Source of the DNA: Amoebidium appalachense
Taxonomy: Eukaryota; Protista; Ichthyosporea
DNA length: 64,000 nt
Assembly: GCA_963693365.1 (NCBI GenBank)
Contig: CAVNZM010000011.1
Coordinates: 1,178,001-1,242,000, forward strand
Direction: 5' to 3'
In this document: piece by piece, positions 44,548 to 59,703 of the stretch
Layout of the letters: each line of letters starts with the position of its first letter
Numbering within the stretch: position 1 is the first letter of the stretch
Program-made: the position numbers and the translations under genes
The notes under the pieces: model-generated
What the model saw: the letters and a program-made list of their open reading frames with translations, nothing else
Databases searched by the model: none
What the model was told of the DNA's origin: nothing

Positions 44548-44822
44548 CAGACGGACACACGCACACACACACACACACACATATGTACACAATCACATTA
44601 CTGCACACATACACACACATGTATACACACACACACACGCACACAAACGCACACACAGACACACGCGCACACACGCACACACGCACACACGCACACACGC
44701 ACACACGCACACACACATAGTCACATTACAAACACAATCATCACATTGCACGCACATACTCACAGACACACAGACATACACGCACACCACACATGCACCC
44801 ACCGGACACACACATGCACGCA

Positions 44823-44881
<59 letters not shown>

Positions 44882-45443
44882 ACACACACATACACACAAT
44901 CACACACACACACACACACAATCACACTGTTACACACACACAAGCATACACACACACCGGTACACACACACTAAATTCACTCGAGGTACCCCCACCCATG
45001 CAAATGCACGCCCTGTCAGACACTACTAAAATACATATACCAGATGCTAATGGAATAACACATACATACATCGAGGGGTCACCCGCAACTTGTAAATATA
45101 TGCAAATATATGCAACTGGCCGGTGACCCCTCATTGCACACAGAACACGCATACACACATCATGTGACCCGAACAGACGCAAAGGCTAAAACATACTACG
45201 ATGCACGCACACACACTTATGAGGCTCCACCATAAACCCTGACCGCAGTGCCACACACATACTCACCGCACACACCTACACACGCTCGTACGCATGCGCA
45301 CACACCCACACACACGCACAAACACACACGCGCACACACGCAAGCACACACGCACGCACACACACACACACACACACACAAAGCGCACGCACAAACACAC
45401 ACACACATACACGCACACGCACAAACGCACATACACGTACACG

Positions 45444-45480
<37 letters not shown>

Positions 45481-45540
45481 ACACATACACACACACCGTG
45501 ATACACACAAAAGCACACGCGCACACACACACACACAAAC
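42850..45540. repeat. Large (TG)n then (CA)n microsatellite fields
   Basis: (TG)n ~43020-43310; (CA)n ~44341-44970 and ~45250-45540. Confidence 0.9.
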
Positions 45541-46583
45541 TGTGATAATGATTTCACCGTGGCACTCCCGTGTGTGCACTAAGGTCCTCAGATAGAAAAT
45601 ATGGACACTTCAATATGCTTAGCGGCACATGCATAATAAAGATTATAATTAGATTTGCACAGAACACATTGCATGAATAAACCAGCACATAACCCACTAT
45701 TCAGCCACTCACCCACACAGGAGCATCACATATGCAGACCTACATTAACATTTATAGGTACAAATGCACACAGCAAAGCTAATTAGCCAACACATTTACT
45801 TGTGCACATGTGCGGTTTAGTGGGCCAGATTTCCTTGAAAGAATAAGACACCTTATAAACTATGTGGCACTACGCAGGAAGACTTGGTGACAGCAGTAGG
45901 GGTGGAGGGCAGAAACACCAGCAGACAGGATGGCTTCAGTTCTTGTCGATGCCGCACCGAGGGGGTAGGTGCACCACACATGCATGTCACATGCTCAGAT
46001 TATCATAATAAAGATTGGCATGTTCAAAGGCCGCCACGTTTGTTTATGTCCTGCCCAAAACATGTGTTTATTCCTGAGAGTGAAGCCTACGCGTTGTAGG
46101 TCCGATTTTCTATCCTCCCCCCCCCCCCATATATACACACACACACACACACACAGGGACTTGAGTCTGGGCACTTCTCATGCTCTTTATTTACTCTCTC
46201 TGTGTGCTCTGCAACTTCTGCATTGTGTTGTCCGTCGTTGATGTAAACCTCGTACTCTTCCCCCCCTCCCCCCCTTCCCCCCCCCCCCCCCCCCCGGCGC
46301 TCCAGAGGAAGGGGGGGGGGGTTTGGCTGTTTTATCGCACAAACAAATCACCTCCCCCCCCCGCTTCCTCCTCATCCCCGTTCCGGGTACCGCAGATGGC
46401 ATGGGTATGGGTGTGGGCTGTGCCTGTGCTCAAACGGTGTGTGTGTGTTCTTCTCTGCATGTCTGCCTCATGATACCCGTTGTGAATTTTATTCCACACT
46501 ACGTACCGCATTCTACCCTCCCCTCCCCCCCCCCCCTCCCCCCCCCCCCTCCCTCCTGGCGCCGCCCAACCAAAAGAAGAAAA

Positions 46584-46629
<46 letters not shown>

Positions 46630-47061
46630 GGGGGGGGGGGGGGGGGGGAAGATAAGAAAAGAAAAGAAAAAAAGTAGAAGAAAGGGAGAGTGAAAAGAGA
46701 TCCCAAATCCGCTTAACCAAACGTCTCTTATACAAACTGCAGTAGCACCCACCCTTTGCATCTTTCCCTGCAGTGCTGCTTGCCAGAGCTTTCAATTTTT
46801 TAGGCGAATCTGCGGCCAAAGCGCATGCACCACAACCATGGTGTCATCTCCTTTCAAACCTTTACGACAGTGAACATCATGCCTGTCCACCCGATTACAC
46901 TACCGCACCACTCCACGCACACCTGAAAAGTGATAGATGGAGTGCACGATCACTTTTTCTTTTGCTGACCTCTCCACCCGTTGCACAGGCAGGGAGATGC
47001 CCCACCAATCATATACAGCGACCCAGCACTATCCTCCCCTCTTGGCAGTCGGCGAAAATCC

Positions 47062-47433
47062 ATGGCCTCATTTATGTTGGAGGCTCAGGTGCTGCCCAAC
47101 CCGAATAGTGCCGGGTCAGATCTGACCCTGGCCGACCCGAATGCAACCCGAAAGAAAAAACCGCTGATGACTCCTCTTCGAGCAAAACTAGTCCAGGTAT
47201 GGCTTGGGTTTTCTTCGGAATCTCCCTTCTCCCCCCCCCCCCCCCCCACCCTTCTCCCCCACCCCCCTTCCCCCTCTCGCTTTCCTTGACTTGCCTTATC
47301 TGCCTGCCCTCACGTACCCATCCCTGCCCCATGCCCTCCCCCCTCCCCCCTCCCCCCCTCCCCCTCCCCCCCCCCCCCCCCCCCCTTCACTGAGACCACC
47401 AACACCGCTACTGATGAGGTGTTTGAGGTGTTT

Positions 47434-47507
<74 letters not shown>

Positions 47508-47532
47508 GTGTGTGTGTGCGTGTGTGCGTGTG

Positions 47533-47625
<93 letters not shown>

Positions 47626-48287
47626 CTGTGTGTGTGTATGTGTGTATGTTGGTTCCTTTGTGTCAGTCACGGGTGGCAGGGTATACCTGCACATGTATTG
47701 TGTGGATGGAGTATGGGTGTAGGGGGGCAGGACGAGAGGGTGATGTTCAGTGTGAAAGGGAAAAGTGTTTTGTGCTGGCCGATGGAAATGTGTGGTTAGT
47801 GCATGCGATTGTAAGGTGTGGTGGCGGCGGTGGTGGGGTGTTTGTGTGTGTTTGGGGGGGGGGGGGGGGGGGGGGAGGGGGGAGGGGGGAGGGGTGATGT
47901 GCATTGGGACGGGCACGGGGGTGGGGGGGGTGGGGGGATGTGCATTAGGACGGGCACGGGGGGAGAGGGGGGAGGGGGGGGGGGGAGGACAGAAAACGAG
48001 GAGCAGGAGTGCACTGGTGGTGGTGTGTGTGTGTGAGTGGTGGGGGGAGGGGGGGGGAGCGGGGCGGCAGGAAAGGGCAAGGCACTTGGTGTACTATGTA
48101 ACTAACTGTTCTTTTGTTTGCCTTTGTTTACAGGACTCATGGGAGAGAATGTCGGCTAAGGAGAAGGGAGAGAAGTTCATGTGCACAAGGTTGATTGGGA
48201 GCTTCTTTGATGAGCTGTTTGTGCAAGATCCAGACACTAAACCCATATTCAACAGTCTGCAGGTGGGTTTTGTGTGGTGGTGGTGGT

Positions 48288-48340
<53 letters not shown>

Positions 48341-49903
48341 GGGGGGAGGCATGTGTCGGTGTGTATGAGAGTGGGCGTGTTTTGTGTGTGTTGAGCGGAG
48401 AGGGGGGATGGGGGGGGGATGGGGGGGGGGGAGGCGGGGACGGAGAAGGGGGGATGGAGTCAGGCTGTGGGGGAAAGAGGGGCAGGGAAGGGAGGGGGGA
48501 GGGGGGGGGGGGGGGGGTGTTATCACCTCGTCCCCAACATATCTCCTCTTCATTCTCCATCCCCCGTGCCTCCCCTCCCTCCCCCTCCCCCCCCCCCCCC
48601 CCGGGCTTTCCCCTTTCCCCTCTACCCTCCTCATCCCATTCATTACCCTCTGTATCTACAGTATGGGTAGCGATTTATGCCCTTGCATGTCATCCTGAAC
48701 GTCGTCATATGGGGGTGTCTCCTGTTTGTCGTTTTCGGGGTGCAGGTGGTAGGGGGCTGTGTATGTGGCAGGCGTGGACATAGTTGCTGGAGGGCAAACA
48801 ACGAGAAACCACAGAGGTCAACTTTTGTGCCTTCCTAACATCATGTGATTTTTAGAATGGCACCACGGGAAACCACAGATACCAACCTACCCCAGCTAAC
48901 GCACACACCTCCCTCGTTTCTTTGTTGCAGAGCCGCACCAAGGCCTTCACAGCCATGATAGGCACACTGGTCAAACACACAGACGATCTGATGGCAGGAA
49001 AACTCAAAGCAAACCTCAGAGAGCAGGGCAAGGCACACACGGTCCTCGGGGTAACACGGAGCATGTATGTGTCCATGGGCCGTGCACTCTTAAAGATGGT
49101 GGAAATGAGAATGGACGAAAAAGACAATTTGCAAGCGGCGGCCGAATCATCGGGGGGGTCCTATGGGGGGTTTAACACAATGGACAGGGAGGAATTGTTG
49201 GTGTCTTGGCTCACGGTATATGTGCTTGCGGCAGCTCCAATGGTTAAGGGGGCAGGAGGGAAGGCTACGGGTCTGGTGCATGACATTAACGTGACACTAG
49301 TAACGCATATGCACTTTAAGGGAAAGAAGAGAGCCCCTAGAGTCGAGTCTATGTCGGGACCACCGGGAGACTCACTGAAAACACGCAGTCGTAGTTTCGA
49401 TGACACCATTGATAGTCCAGGGGGTGCTCAAATGCCGAAACCTGAGGGGGGTCTGACAGAGGGAGATGAAAATTCTAGTGATTCGGTTCTACCGGATTCG
49501 TTGCCCGGAAGTCCCAATTGCAAACCGCGGACGAATCACGTTCCCATGCACATGTTTTCAAGACGGAGAGCAAGTGCAGCAGACATTCTATTCGGACAAG
49601 ACGGTAATAGTGGGCTGGCAAATATTGGCGTGGGCGAGGGGGGCTCTATCGATGTTGCAAATAGCGCTTCAACTACAGAGAGGCACAAGGAAAAACGGCC
49701 GTCACTTGCAGGAATTTTCAAGAATAGGGGGTCTGTGGGAAGCAGATCCGTTCCTGGCAGTCCGAAAGTTGAGCGAGGGGGGGCTCCTGCTGTGAACATT
49801 CCGGTGTGTGCCTGTGTGTGTGGGAGCCCTGTCTGCTTTCTGCTAACCTCTTTTGATGGCGGGGAAGGGTGGGGGGCTCGGGGGAAAAGGACGGGAGGGG
49901 AGG

Positions 49904-49939
<36 letters not shown>

Positions 49940-50023
49940 TAAGGAAACAGCCACCGGCCGGGATGATCGATTCGACCCGTTGGCCTTTGCCAGATGGTCT
50001 TCAAATTTTATTTTATTTTTTTC

Positions 50024-50093
<70 letters not shown>

Positions 50094-50641
50094 TGATGAT
50101 ATTTATACTTTATTTTTTTTGCTCCCTTTTTTTTTGGGGGGGGGGGGGGGGGGGGGGGAGGGCTAGAGGAGGGAAGGGAAGGATGGGGAGATATGAAAGG
50201 TGCCAGAATATACGACAGGGGATGTCGAGGCATAGCATTAACTCGGTGAAACTGACTGTGTTTTGTCCCGTGCAGGCCACCATGACCGACCCCACCCACC
50301 CACCAGTCCACGATGAATCCCCCACACACCTCAACGACAGCACAGAGAATTTACTTTCGGGTCAGGCCAAGACCCGAACCGGATCACCCCTCGGGTGGAT
50401 GAACAAGCTCATGCCGCAGGCAAGAAAGAAGTCTGTGGCTGCATCCAGCCCCGAGTTCCCTGCCTCTGCACGTCGGGCCAGTCTTGCATACATGCTGGAC
50501 GGGGTCAACCCCCCCACCTCACCACTATCGGGCCCAAATTCGGCAACTGCAACCCCTGATGGATCCCCCCAGACCTCCAGGAGGGCAAGTAGGGCCGATG
50601 TGTTGTTGGAGCACCACCACGACACATCCACTGCCGCATAG
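47062..50641 (+). CDS. Globin-domain protein (~500 aa) with long disordered C-terminal tail
   Basis: Phase-0 exons 47062-47196, 48134-48262, 48931-49803, 50276-50641. Globin pattern: MTPLRAKLVQDSW (A), FFDELF (B), PDTKPIF (C/CD1 Phe), AFTAMIGTLV (E), LREQGKAH (F8 His), GVTRSMYVSMGRALL (G), LLVSWLTVY..AAAPM (H). Confidence 0.82.
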
Positions 50642-51360
50642 GTTTATGATGGGTGCTCCGGTGCATGTGTGTTTACTGAAGAGAGAGAGAGAGAGAGAAA
50701 GTGTGTGTGTGTGTATGGTTGTGGTGTGTGCGCCCGTGTCGTTCTGCGCCCGCAACCGTGGATGTGTGGTGGAAGGGAGGTTTTTTTTTGTTGGGTTGGG
50801 GGGGAGGGGGGGGGGGGGGGGGGGGGGGGAGGCGAGGGGAGAGGGGGGGGGCTTCGTTTGGTAGGTACAGGCCGTACAGTAGCAGCATATGTTGTTTGTC
50901 ATGACGATTAGTGGCTGTATTTTGATTGGAGTATTATCCTGGAAAGTCACATGGATGTCTTTGTGTATGATGGGGCAGGAGCAACTTATGATCTCTCTAA
51001 GATAGCATAAGTAATACTTCCCCATAAGGGAAGTTAACAGGCAACAACCATTGGGTTATTTTGATTTAGTGTTAGTTTTAGGATTAGGCTAGGCTTTAAC
51101 CACTTAACTTCTAGTATTAAAATTTACGGCATACCCGTGGCCAAACATTTAAGAATGAAATGTGTTGATTAACTTCTAAATCTATTTATTGCATCGACAA
51201 CAGCATTCACAATGACATCAATTACTACTGGATATTTTCTTTAGTCGCTATGGATTGTGTAATGACCTTGTGTGTAAGCGCGTGTGCAGGCGTGTGTGTG
51301 TGTGTGTGTGTGTCAAGGTGTGTGTATGTGTGTGTGTGTGTGCCTGTGTGCAGGTGTGTC

Positions 51361-51410
<50 letters not shown>

Positions 51411-51440
51411 TGCGTGCGTAGGTGTGTGCATGCGTGACTG

Positions 51441-51495
<55 letters not shown>

Positions 51496-52915
51496 CGCGC
51501 GTGTGTCTGTGCATGTGTGTATGTGTGTGTGTGTGTGTGTTTATCGTGATGTGTGTGTGTGTGTATGTGCAATCCAAGGCCTCCTACTCTGACAGAGTAG
51601 GGGACCTTCGGTGCTGACATTAAGAAGCCTTGGTGCGATCGCGACCCTGTATATACGTGCTTAGATGATCCTTTTTGAAACCAACAACCCCCCCCCCCCC
51701 CCCTTCCCCGCCTGGTTAGGAAGCCTAATACGGCTTTTGCCTCTATCGAGAGCGTGCAGCGGGTTGACTCAAGTGCATGGCCCAGACCGCCAATAGTCCA
51801 TTGAACAACTCATAACTTATCAAACAGAATCTCTGTATAGCTTGGGTTACGACTGACCCCGGCCAACCACATTTACACATTGTCAAGGGCCTGAGCACCG
51901 TGCACGCTAGGCCGGTCCACTCGGCTTGTGAACGGCGAAGAGCAGATTTGTCTACCACACATTTATTGGCACCCAATTCGTGCTAACGGTAGAGGGTGAG
52001 ACCCGTGTACACGTGGTGGAGGAATTCCCAACAATGACTTAAATGTGGACCCTTCCCATCTCCCCCTCCCCCTCGGAGTCCCCCCCCCCCCCCCCCCCCC
52101 CCACCCCCCCCCCCACACACACACCACTACCACCACCACGACAGCATCTTCCCGGAATTTGTTACTCATTTTTCCTATACGTATAAAGTTTCTTGCTGCA
52201 TGGAAGTAACTGGTTAGCAACTGCCTTGGCACTTCCGCATGGCTATTGATAGTAGGACCTGACAGTGTAGCCAGACCGCTCATGTTATTGCTCGTGGTCT
52301 GATTTACCCTCGTTTAACTGTATCTTCTTGTTTATTTTCGAAGGTGGCTAAAGCCTTAAGCATACCGTGCTTTGTACGAGCATCATAGTGTTTTTGGGGA
52401 GAAATATCTTCATGGTCATTATTACACCAAATATGGTGAATATTCTTTCCCTTTTAGCAATACCATGCCACAGGAAGCAGCCGTTCTTATATTGCTATAC
52501 CACAAGGGTAGGGGTAGAAACACACAAGAACTAGCGTACACGAACAATTACTATATTACAACAACTATGAACGTGTATTCACATCATACCTGTGCCCGAA
52601 TGTATTACTAATCTTATACGTGGCCCACCAACACTCAGAAGGGTGGGTTCAAAAGATGCATGGGTGTACATATACACGGATTGAAAAGGAAAATGCATTC
52701 AAGATGAGCGGCGTGGAGAAACGGAAGAAAAGAAAATGAATGAAAAAAAACAAGAATAAACCTCTGATAAAACCAGGTGGTCAAACGCGTTACGTCCGAA
52801 AAGTCTCACGAAATATCGCCTCGACCTCAAAACAAAGGCTGCCTCGGGGTGTAAAATTTCCCTTTTGGCAGGCACCAAAAGGGAGAGGTGAGGGGGGAAA
52901 AAAAAAAAAAAAAAA

Positions 52916-52951
<36 letters not shown>

Positions 52952-53049
52952 AGGTCCCGGCACAGTATTTCATATCTGCCCTTGCCCAGCACCTCAGTCA
53001 TACTCAGACACCACCCCCTACAAACCCTAACAAAAGTATTCACCTTCAA

Positions 53050-53327
53050 CTAAAACTTGGGGAACGGTTCAATTATCGTGCGAGTCCCACTCAGTCTGAG
53101 AGTAAACTGCAGTGTCACATCCACACCGTTGGTGAAGACTAGAGAGTAGTCACCGGGCTCACTGACCAGATTGCCATCCTCATCGACCAATTGGATCGTC
53201 CGCACGTCAATCTCAAACGATGCACTCTTGCTCTGGCCGGCCTGATATGATCCAAGTATAAACCGTTAATGTGTTGCACAAATTAGAGGACTTTAATTGG
53301 CGGCAGACACCCAAGCATGAGCTAGAA

Positions 53328-53374
<47 letters not shown>

Positions 53375-53861
53375 AAAAGAAAAAAAAAAAAAAAGAAAAA
53401 GGAAAAGAAAAGGAAAAACCCCCCCTCCCCAACCACCACCACCAAAAAAAAACACCTCACCCCGAGTTCCACCACCATCAGACGTATTTACCCGTCCTTT
53501 AGTCCGAACGTCGGGACCGTTCCTGATATCACAAGGTTGAAGTATAAAAGTGGCAACAGAGCATAAAAACTAAAACAGAGGCCTGCACAACAATGAAGTA
53601 CACTCCTAAGTCGTCTCCAGATTATAATTGGCGTATTTAAACTTCAGTAAACTTCAGGATCATGATTCAAGATTTTTTGCCATTGATCACTTCCTCAACA
53701 TTGCAGAGTCGAGTGCAAAGTACTAAACACAATTGACAATAGATACCATTAAAAAACAAGAAACAAAAAACAAACAAACAAACAAAAAAAAACAAAAAAC
53801 AAACAAAAAACATTTAGAATCTCATAAATCCTCATTCGTTCTTCTTAGGAAAGCTTTCTTT

Positions 53862-53922
<61 letters not shown>

Positions 53923-54114
53923 TGGTTGTTTGGGGGGAGGGGAGGGGGGGGGGGGGGGGGGGGGGGGGGCAAAGACACACACCTTTATATCGAGGCGCTT
54001 AAAGGCCACCAGTTGACTTTTGAGCTTGGAGGCAGGGCCAGGGAGAGAGAGGGGAGAGGGGGGAGAGAAGAACACAAGCACGGTCTCACTGCCGTCAACA
54101 CTGCCTGTGTTGGT

Positions 54115-54170
<56 letters not shown>

Positions 54171-55192
54171 AGCCTGCTGTCTTGCTTTCATGGTGTGTAA
54201 ATTAGAAGCAGCACAACACAACACATAAATCGATGAACATGAATGCCAGTTGAGGCTCTGAGTCTTAAAGTGACTGCACAAAAACAAACGCCCATCCCAC
54301 AGCTCCTGGCCCCTGTCCCCCCCCCCCCCCCCCCCCCAACACACACACATTCCCATGTCATTCCATTATACCAGACCCTAGGTACAGATCTGTTCAAAGT
54401 CTTTCAGCCCCCAAATCATCACCCTCGCACATACATAGTATCTTGTCGGAGATGCATGGCCAATCACCACTGACACCCCAGGTTAAGCGTATATTGTTGT
54501 GTGCTAGGTACGCACAGAGCTAGAGCCCTAATATGGGAGAGATATCCCCCCCCCCCCCCCCCCCCCCCTCAAAAAAAAAAAAAAAAACAAAAAAAAACCC
54601 GGTGGCCTGGTTGTAAGAGAGTCGGTAAAGTGCCAGACAGGAGCGGTGGGGGTTGGTGGGTGGGTGGGGGGGGGGAAGGGGGGGAGTTTGGACCTCGATA
54701 GTAACGCCAACACCATTGGAGGGGGTGGTGTTGTCGAGGGTGAGGAGGCTGTTGGCTGCTGGCTGGGCTTCGAACTGGAAGGAGGTGTAGCTCAGCCCAT
54801 AGCCTGTGTGTGTGTGTATATGTGTGTGTGTGTGAGTGTGTGTGTGTCTTTGAGGGGTGATAGCTCTGGTGAAAAGACGAAGGAAAAGGAGTCAGCACTA
54901 TGTGGTCGAAGAGGCCAAGCAAACCATAGTTTAAACGAAAGCCGGCATGCAACAAATCGAGCAATGAATCCAAGCATAAATTGTTGCCATTTGCGTGATT
55001 GTGTGCGTGCCTGGGTAGCTGTGGTGGTGGTGGTGGTGGTGGTGGTGGGGACCTCGAAAGAAGACTCATTCAACTTCGGCAAACCTACGCCTAACCAAAT
55101 ATCCCTTCAATTGAAGGTGTGTGATGCATGGAGGGATTTGGGTTCGGGGGCTTCTGGGGGAGCGGAAGGGGAGGCAGGGAGAGGGGGAGGCC

Positions 55193-55227
<35 letters not shown>

Positions 55228-55366
55228 GGGGGAAGGGGTTGTTACCAAAGGGCCACAGAGGTTCACCAGTGTAGTACTTGTATGAGCGGCCAACCCCCTC
55301 AGTCATGGACATCTCGGTCATGGCCATCTCATCCACATAGTGCTCGGGGTACACGGTCACGGGCAG

Positions 55367-55444
<78 letters not shown>

Positions 55445-55809
55445 TGGGGCTAGCAGAAAGGGGGATTTGGGGGAGGAGGTGGAGGGAGGAGAGGGAAGGA
55501 GGCAGGAGGGGAGGGACGGGGGCAGGAAGGAGAGAGTGAGAGAGGGGAGGGAGAGGGAGAGAGAGAGGGAGAGGGGGGGGGGGGGGGGAGAGGGGGGGAG
55601 AGAGAGGGGGGGGGATTAAATGTCGAGCACCACATATTCAGCTGTTGCTCATGCTCGTTGTGCCAAGCCAACTGTCACCCCTAAGAATCTTCTTTCATCT
55701 TGCTCTACAACAAAGCATGCCCTTTCAAATTGCCACAACCTTCCAGTCAGGCTTGGTCTCGGTCTGATGAATCTCTTTACACTTGTGTTGCTCTTGTGCA
55801 CGTCCTAAG

Positions 55810-55895
<86 letters not shown>

Positions 55896-56205
55896 CGTGC
55901 GCGCCCGTGCGTGCGCGTGCGTGTGCGTGTGCGTGTGCACATCTGTGGTCTGTTGAGTGGGTTGATAAGGGGATAAATTCAGTAGTGCACCCACCTTGCC
56001 CCCGGGGTTGTAGTGACCAAACAGCACATCAGCAACAGCCTGTGACCCATATACCCCCGGGTAGAATGCTTCCACAATGGCATGGGCCCCACTCTTCACA
56101 CTGGCACAGGCCACAGGCCCACCGTTGAAGAGAACTACGATGGTGGGTTTGCCTGCTGCCAGCACCTGCGCAAAGAGTTGCTCTTGCACACCTGTGTGTG
56201 TGTGT

Positions 56206-56258
<53 letters not shown>

Positions 56259-56890
56259 TTTTGTGTGTGCGTGACTATCAGCCCACCCAATTCCCAAATG
56301 AAGAGATAAACGGGTCACGTAAGTAACCACAAAATCAAACACGTAAGAGCACAGGTAAGGTACAAATACAAGAAACCGACACCCAAGACTGTTCCCCACC
56401 GCCATATCCACATTTACTTAACTATAGGTCATGCGGAAGATAACACCCTGGCAGTTGCACACGTCTTTAGATGATTAAAAAGGCTTACAATTTTAACTGA
56501 CATCTTTGCCCTGAGTTCCCTGTCCCTCCCCATTACCCCCACAGCTGTCTTCCGCTTCTCCTATAGTATTATGAGAAAGGAACAAGCCCCCCCCTTCCCC
56601 CCCCCCCCCCCCCCCCTCTTCCCTCCCCACCCACCCGCCTTCCCCCCCCCACACACACGCACACACACACAAAAAAAAAGTTTCCCCCACCAAAGGCAAA
56701 CGAAACAAAAATTATGCTTAAAATCACCACTGATAGAAATGAAAAACACATACCCGGCAGGTTGATTGCACGTCTGTCTGCACTTTCCCTCTCGACTGAT
56801 AGATCCGTGCCCAGCATCACCACCACCACATCGGCACTCTGATTGGCCACAGGTCAGCAAGGCACAGTAAATTTCGAGAAGTCGATCATA

Positions 56891-56927
<37 letters not shown>

Positions 56928-57089
56928 CCCCCACCCATTAGTTCCTTAAACACAAAACCCATCATGCTGCCCAAGCCAGCAACTAAAAGCACGGCACAGA
57001 TGAGTCCAGCAGCTTGGTATGATGTGCCCAAGGGAGAAAGGATGGAGGGAAACGGGGGAGGGGGTCAGACGGGGCAAGGCAGGTGGGCG

Positions 57090-57169
<80 letters not shown>

Positions 57170-57258
57170 GGGGGGGGGGGGGGAGGGGAAGGAAAGCACC
57201 TTTGCAGCGTCGACGGCTGCGCCAATTCCACCAGCATCTGTTCCCTGAATGGAGCAAC

Positions 57259-57293
<35 letters not shown>

Positions 57294-58509
57294 ACGTGCA
57301 CAAGTGCGTGTGCACGTGTTTGTAATAATTGTGGTGTGTGTGCGCGCGCATGTGTGTTTGTATGTGTGTGTGCCGTTGTCAGGAATTCTTGCTTGCTCAA
57401 TGCTCATTTTCCCATGCAAACCAAAGTATGTGTGAATAGGTGGATGTGCGCATGTGCCTGAGTGTGCACACGTGATCGGCCACGAGGAGAGGAAGATGGG
57501 GTAGGCAGGCATGCAGACTGATGTGCCCCCCCTTCTCTCCCCTCGGCCTTTCTTCCCCCCGAGACATTTTCGTCTTGTTGTTGGGTTAGGGTAGGGTTGG
57601 GTTGGGTTGGGGGGATGGGAGGAAAGGACGGGAGAAGGGGGGGGGAGGGGAGGGAGGGAGGGAGGGAGGGGAGGGGTTTGCAAACCTCGACACCGACTGT
57701 GCTGCCTCCTACGTTGAGTGAGGTGATGGCCTCAAGAGGACTGACCACACAGCTGTAATCGTCAAATCTGCTTGGGCCAGGGTCAGTTGACTGGTCAAAA
57801 GGCTTATGTGCACATCGGGGCACCATGGCCCACCCATCCCCACGTGAGGAGTCATTGTGAAGGAAGAAATGGGAGAAAAGAGAGACAAAAAGACCGAATT
57901 ATGAAAAGGTGAAGGTGTTCTGTATTGCTACGCGAGTGTAGAGGGTCAATCAACACACTGTTTTGGTCATTTTTTCATCTAGAAATGATTGCAGGGGGTG
58001 GAATAACTCGATAAGCTCACAACTATCAGAGCAGCCCCAACCTAACGGATGTTTAAGTTTATGTTGGGCTCAACCAAGGACCATCAACTACTGCCTCAAA
58101 GAGTAACGAGATTCTGGTGGTAAGTAGAAATGATCATGAGGCGACACTGTGCGTGTGTACACACGTACATGTTGGTGGGTGTTTGATACTCGAAGGCAAA
58201 GGAAAGGTGGTGATGGTGGTGGTGGTGGTTGGGGGGGGGAGAGGGGGAGTGCATACTGAGGGCAGACCTGGCCCTGGTAGTTGCTGATCTGGGCCCTGCG
58301 GGAGTTGGTGTGGGGACCAACCACCGCAATCTTCTGCCCTGCATTTCATTGGTAGTTGGAGAACCAATCAGATCGGGGCATTTCATTACCGAATGTGGCA
58401 CCATGCTTCACTGCAGATGATTGGCTGATACATCATTTCGGTTTTGCACTCCACAAGCCACCAATCCTTAAGCCCTCCCCCTCTCCCTCTTTCTCTTCCA
58501 CCCCCCCCC

Positions 58510-58545
<36 letters not shown>

Positions 58546-59434
58546 CCCCCCCCCCCCCCAAGCACGCACACACACACACCCAACCCCCTCCCCTCCTACA
58601 TGGGGTGCCGAAACAACAATAAGTAGAGGCAAAAGGCGCATAAACAATGTGCACAGATCATCAGGAAACAATGATCACCGCCAGAAGAAAAAATAAATGG
58701 GACTAAAGAGGAGGGCGGCGGGGGGAGGGGGGCGGGGGGGGGGGGGGGGGGGGGGGGGGGGGATCACGGACCCTTCTTCAATGGCAGGGTGTTAGCATTA
58801 TTCTTGAGCAGCACCATGCCCTCACGTGACATCTGAAGGCTCAGATCAAGCGCACGGGGGGTGCGCACGGCATCTGGGGGACAGAGGGTCAGCATGCACC
58901 AATGAGGCAGGAAAACACAGCATACACGTGCAAAGGGAGGCAAGAAAATACAAAGGGTACAAGTGCTTGTGCACCCCGGAGGGGTAAAGAGGGAGCGAAT
59001 TGAAGGTGGGCTACTGATCGGCTACACAACATCAGATATTAAAATGTTTGCGCGCTCTTTTACGCTGCCCCCCCTCCCCCCCCCCCCCCCCCCCCCCTTT
59101 TTTTATTTATTAATAAAAGAGCAGAAATGGAAAAAAAAACCAAAAAAACGGAAAGAAAGAAAATAAAGGGAAAGAAACCCAATCCAATCATCTGCATGCA
59201 GTAGCACAACCCATCATGGCCCACACAAGTGCCTCGAGCCCATATGCATCTAACAATAGCTGTGTGAGCGATAAATAGTACCCGGGGTGATGTGCCAGTA
59301 GGGCTGGTCCTCCACTGGGTCAAACAGGCCCAGCATGAATCTCATGCGTAGTGACCGGTAGAGGGCCAAGTCGATGTCCTTCTCACTCAGCAGGCCCTTG
59401 CCTATGGCCGGTATGAGGGCATCCATGTAGGGTC

Positions 59435-59505
<71 letters not shown>

Positions 59506-59660
59506 TGCCAGTAGATTTGTGCTTAGGTTTAGTCATTGTAGGTGTAGGTATGCATGTAGACATGAAAGTACATTTACATTTGAGGGAATTTTGTTTGCGA
59601 GATCTTGACAACAGGGTGGGGTAGCACGTACGCACGCATGCACATGCGCCCCACGTGCGC

Positions 59661-59703
<43 letters not shown>

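Noticed and set aside
51050-51095. Degenerate TTAGG-like repeats
   Set aside because: Too short and irregular to call an interstitial telomere.
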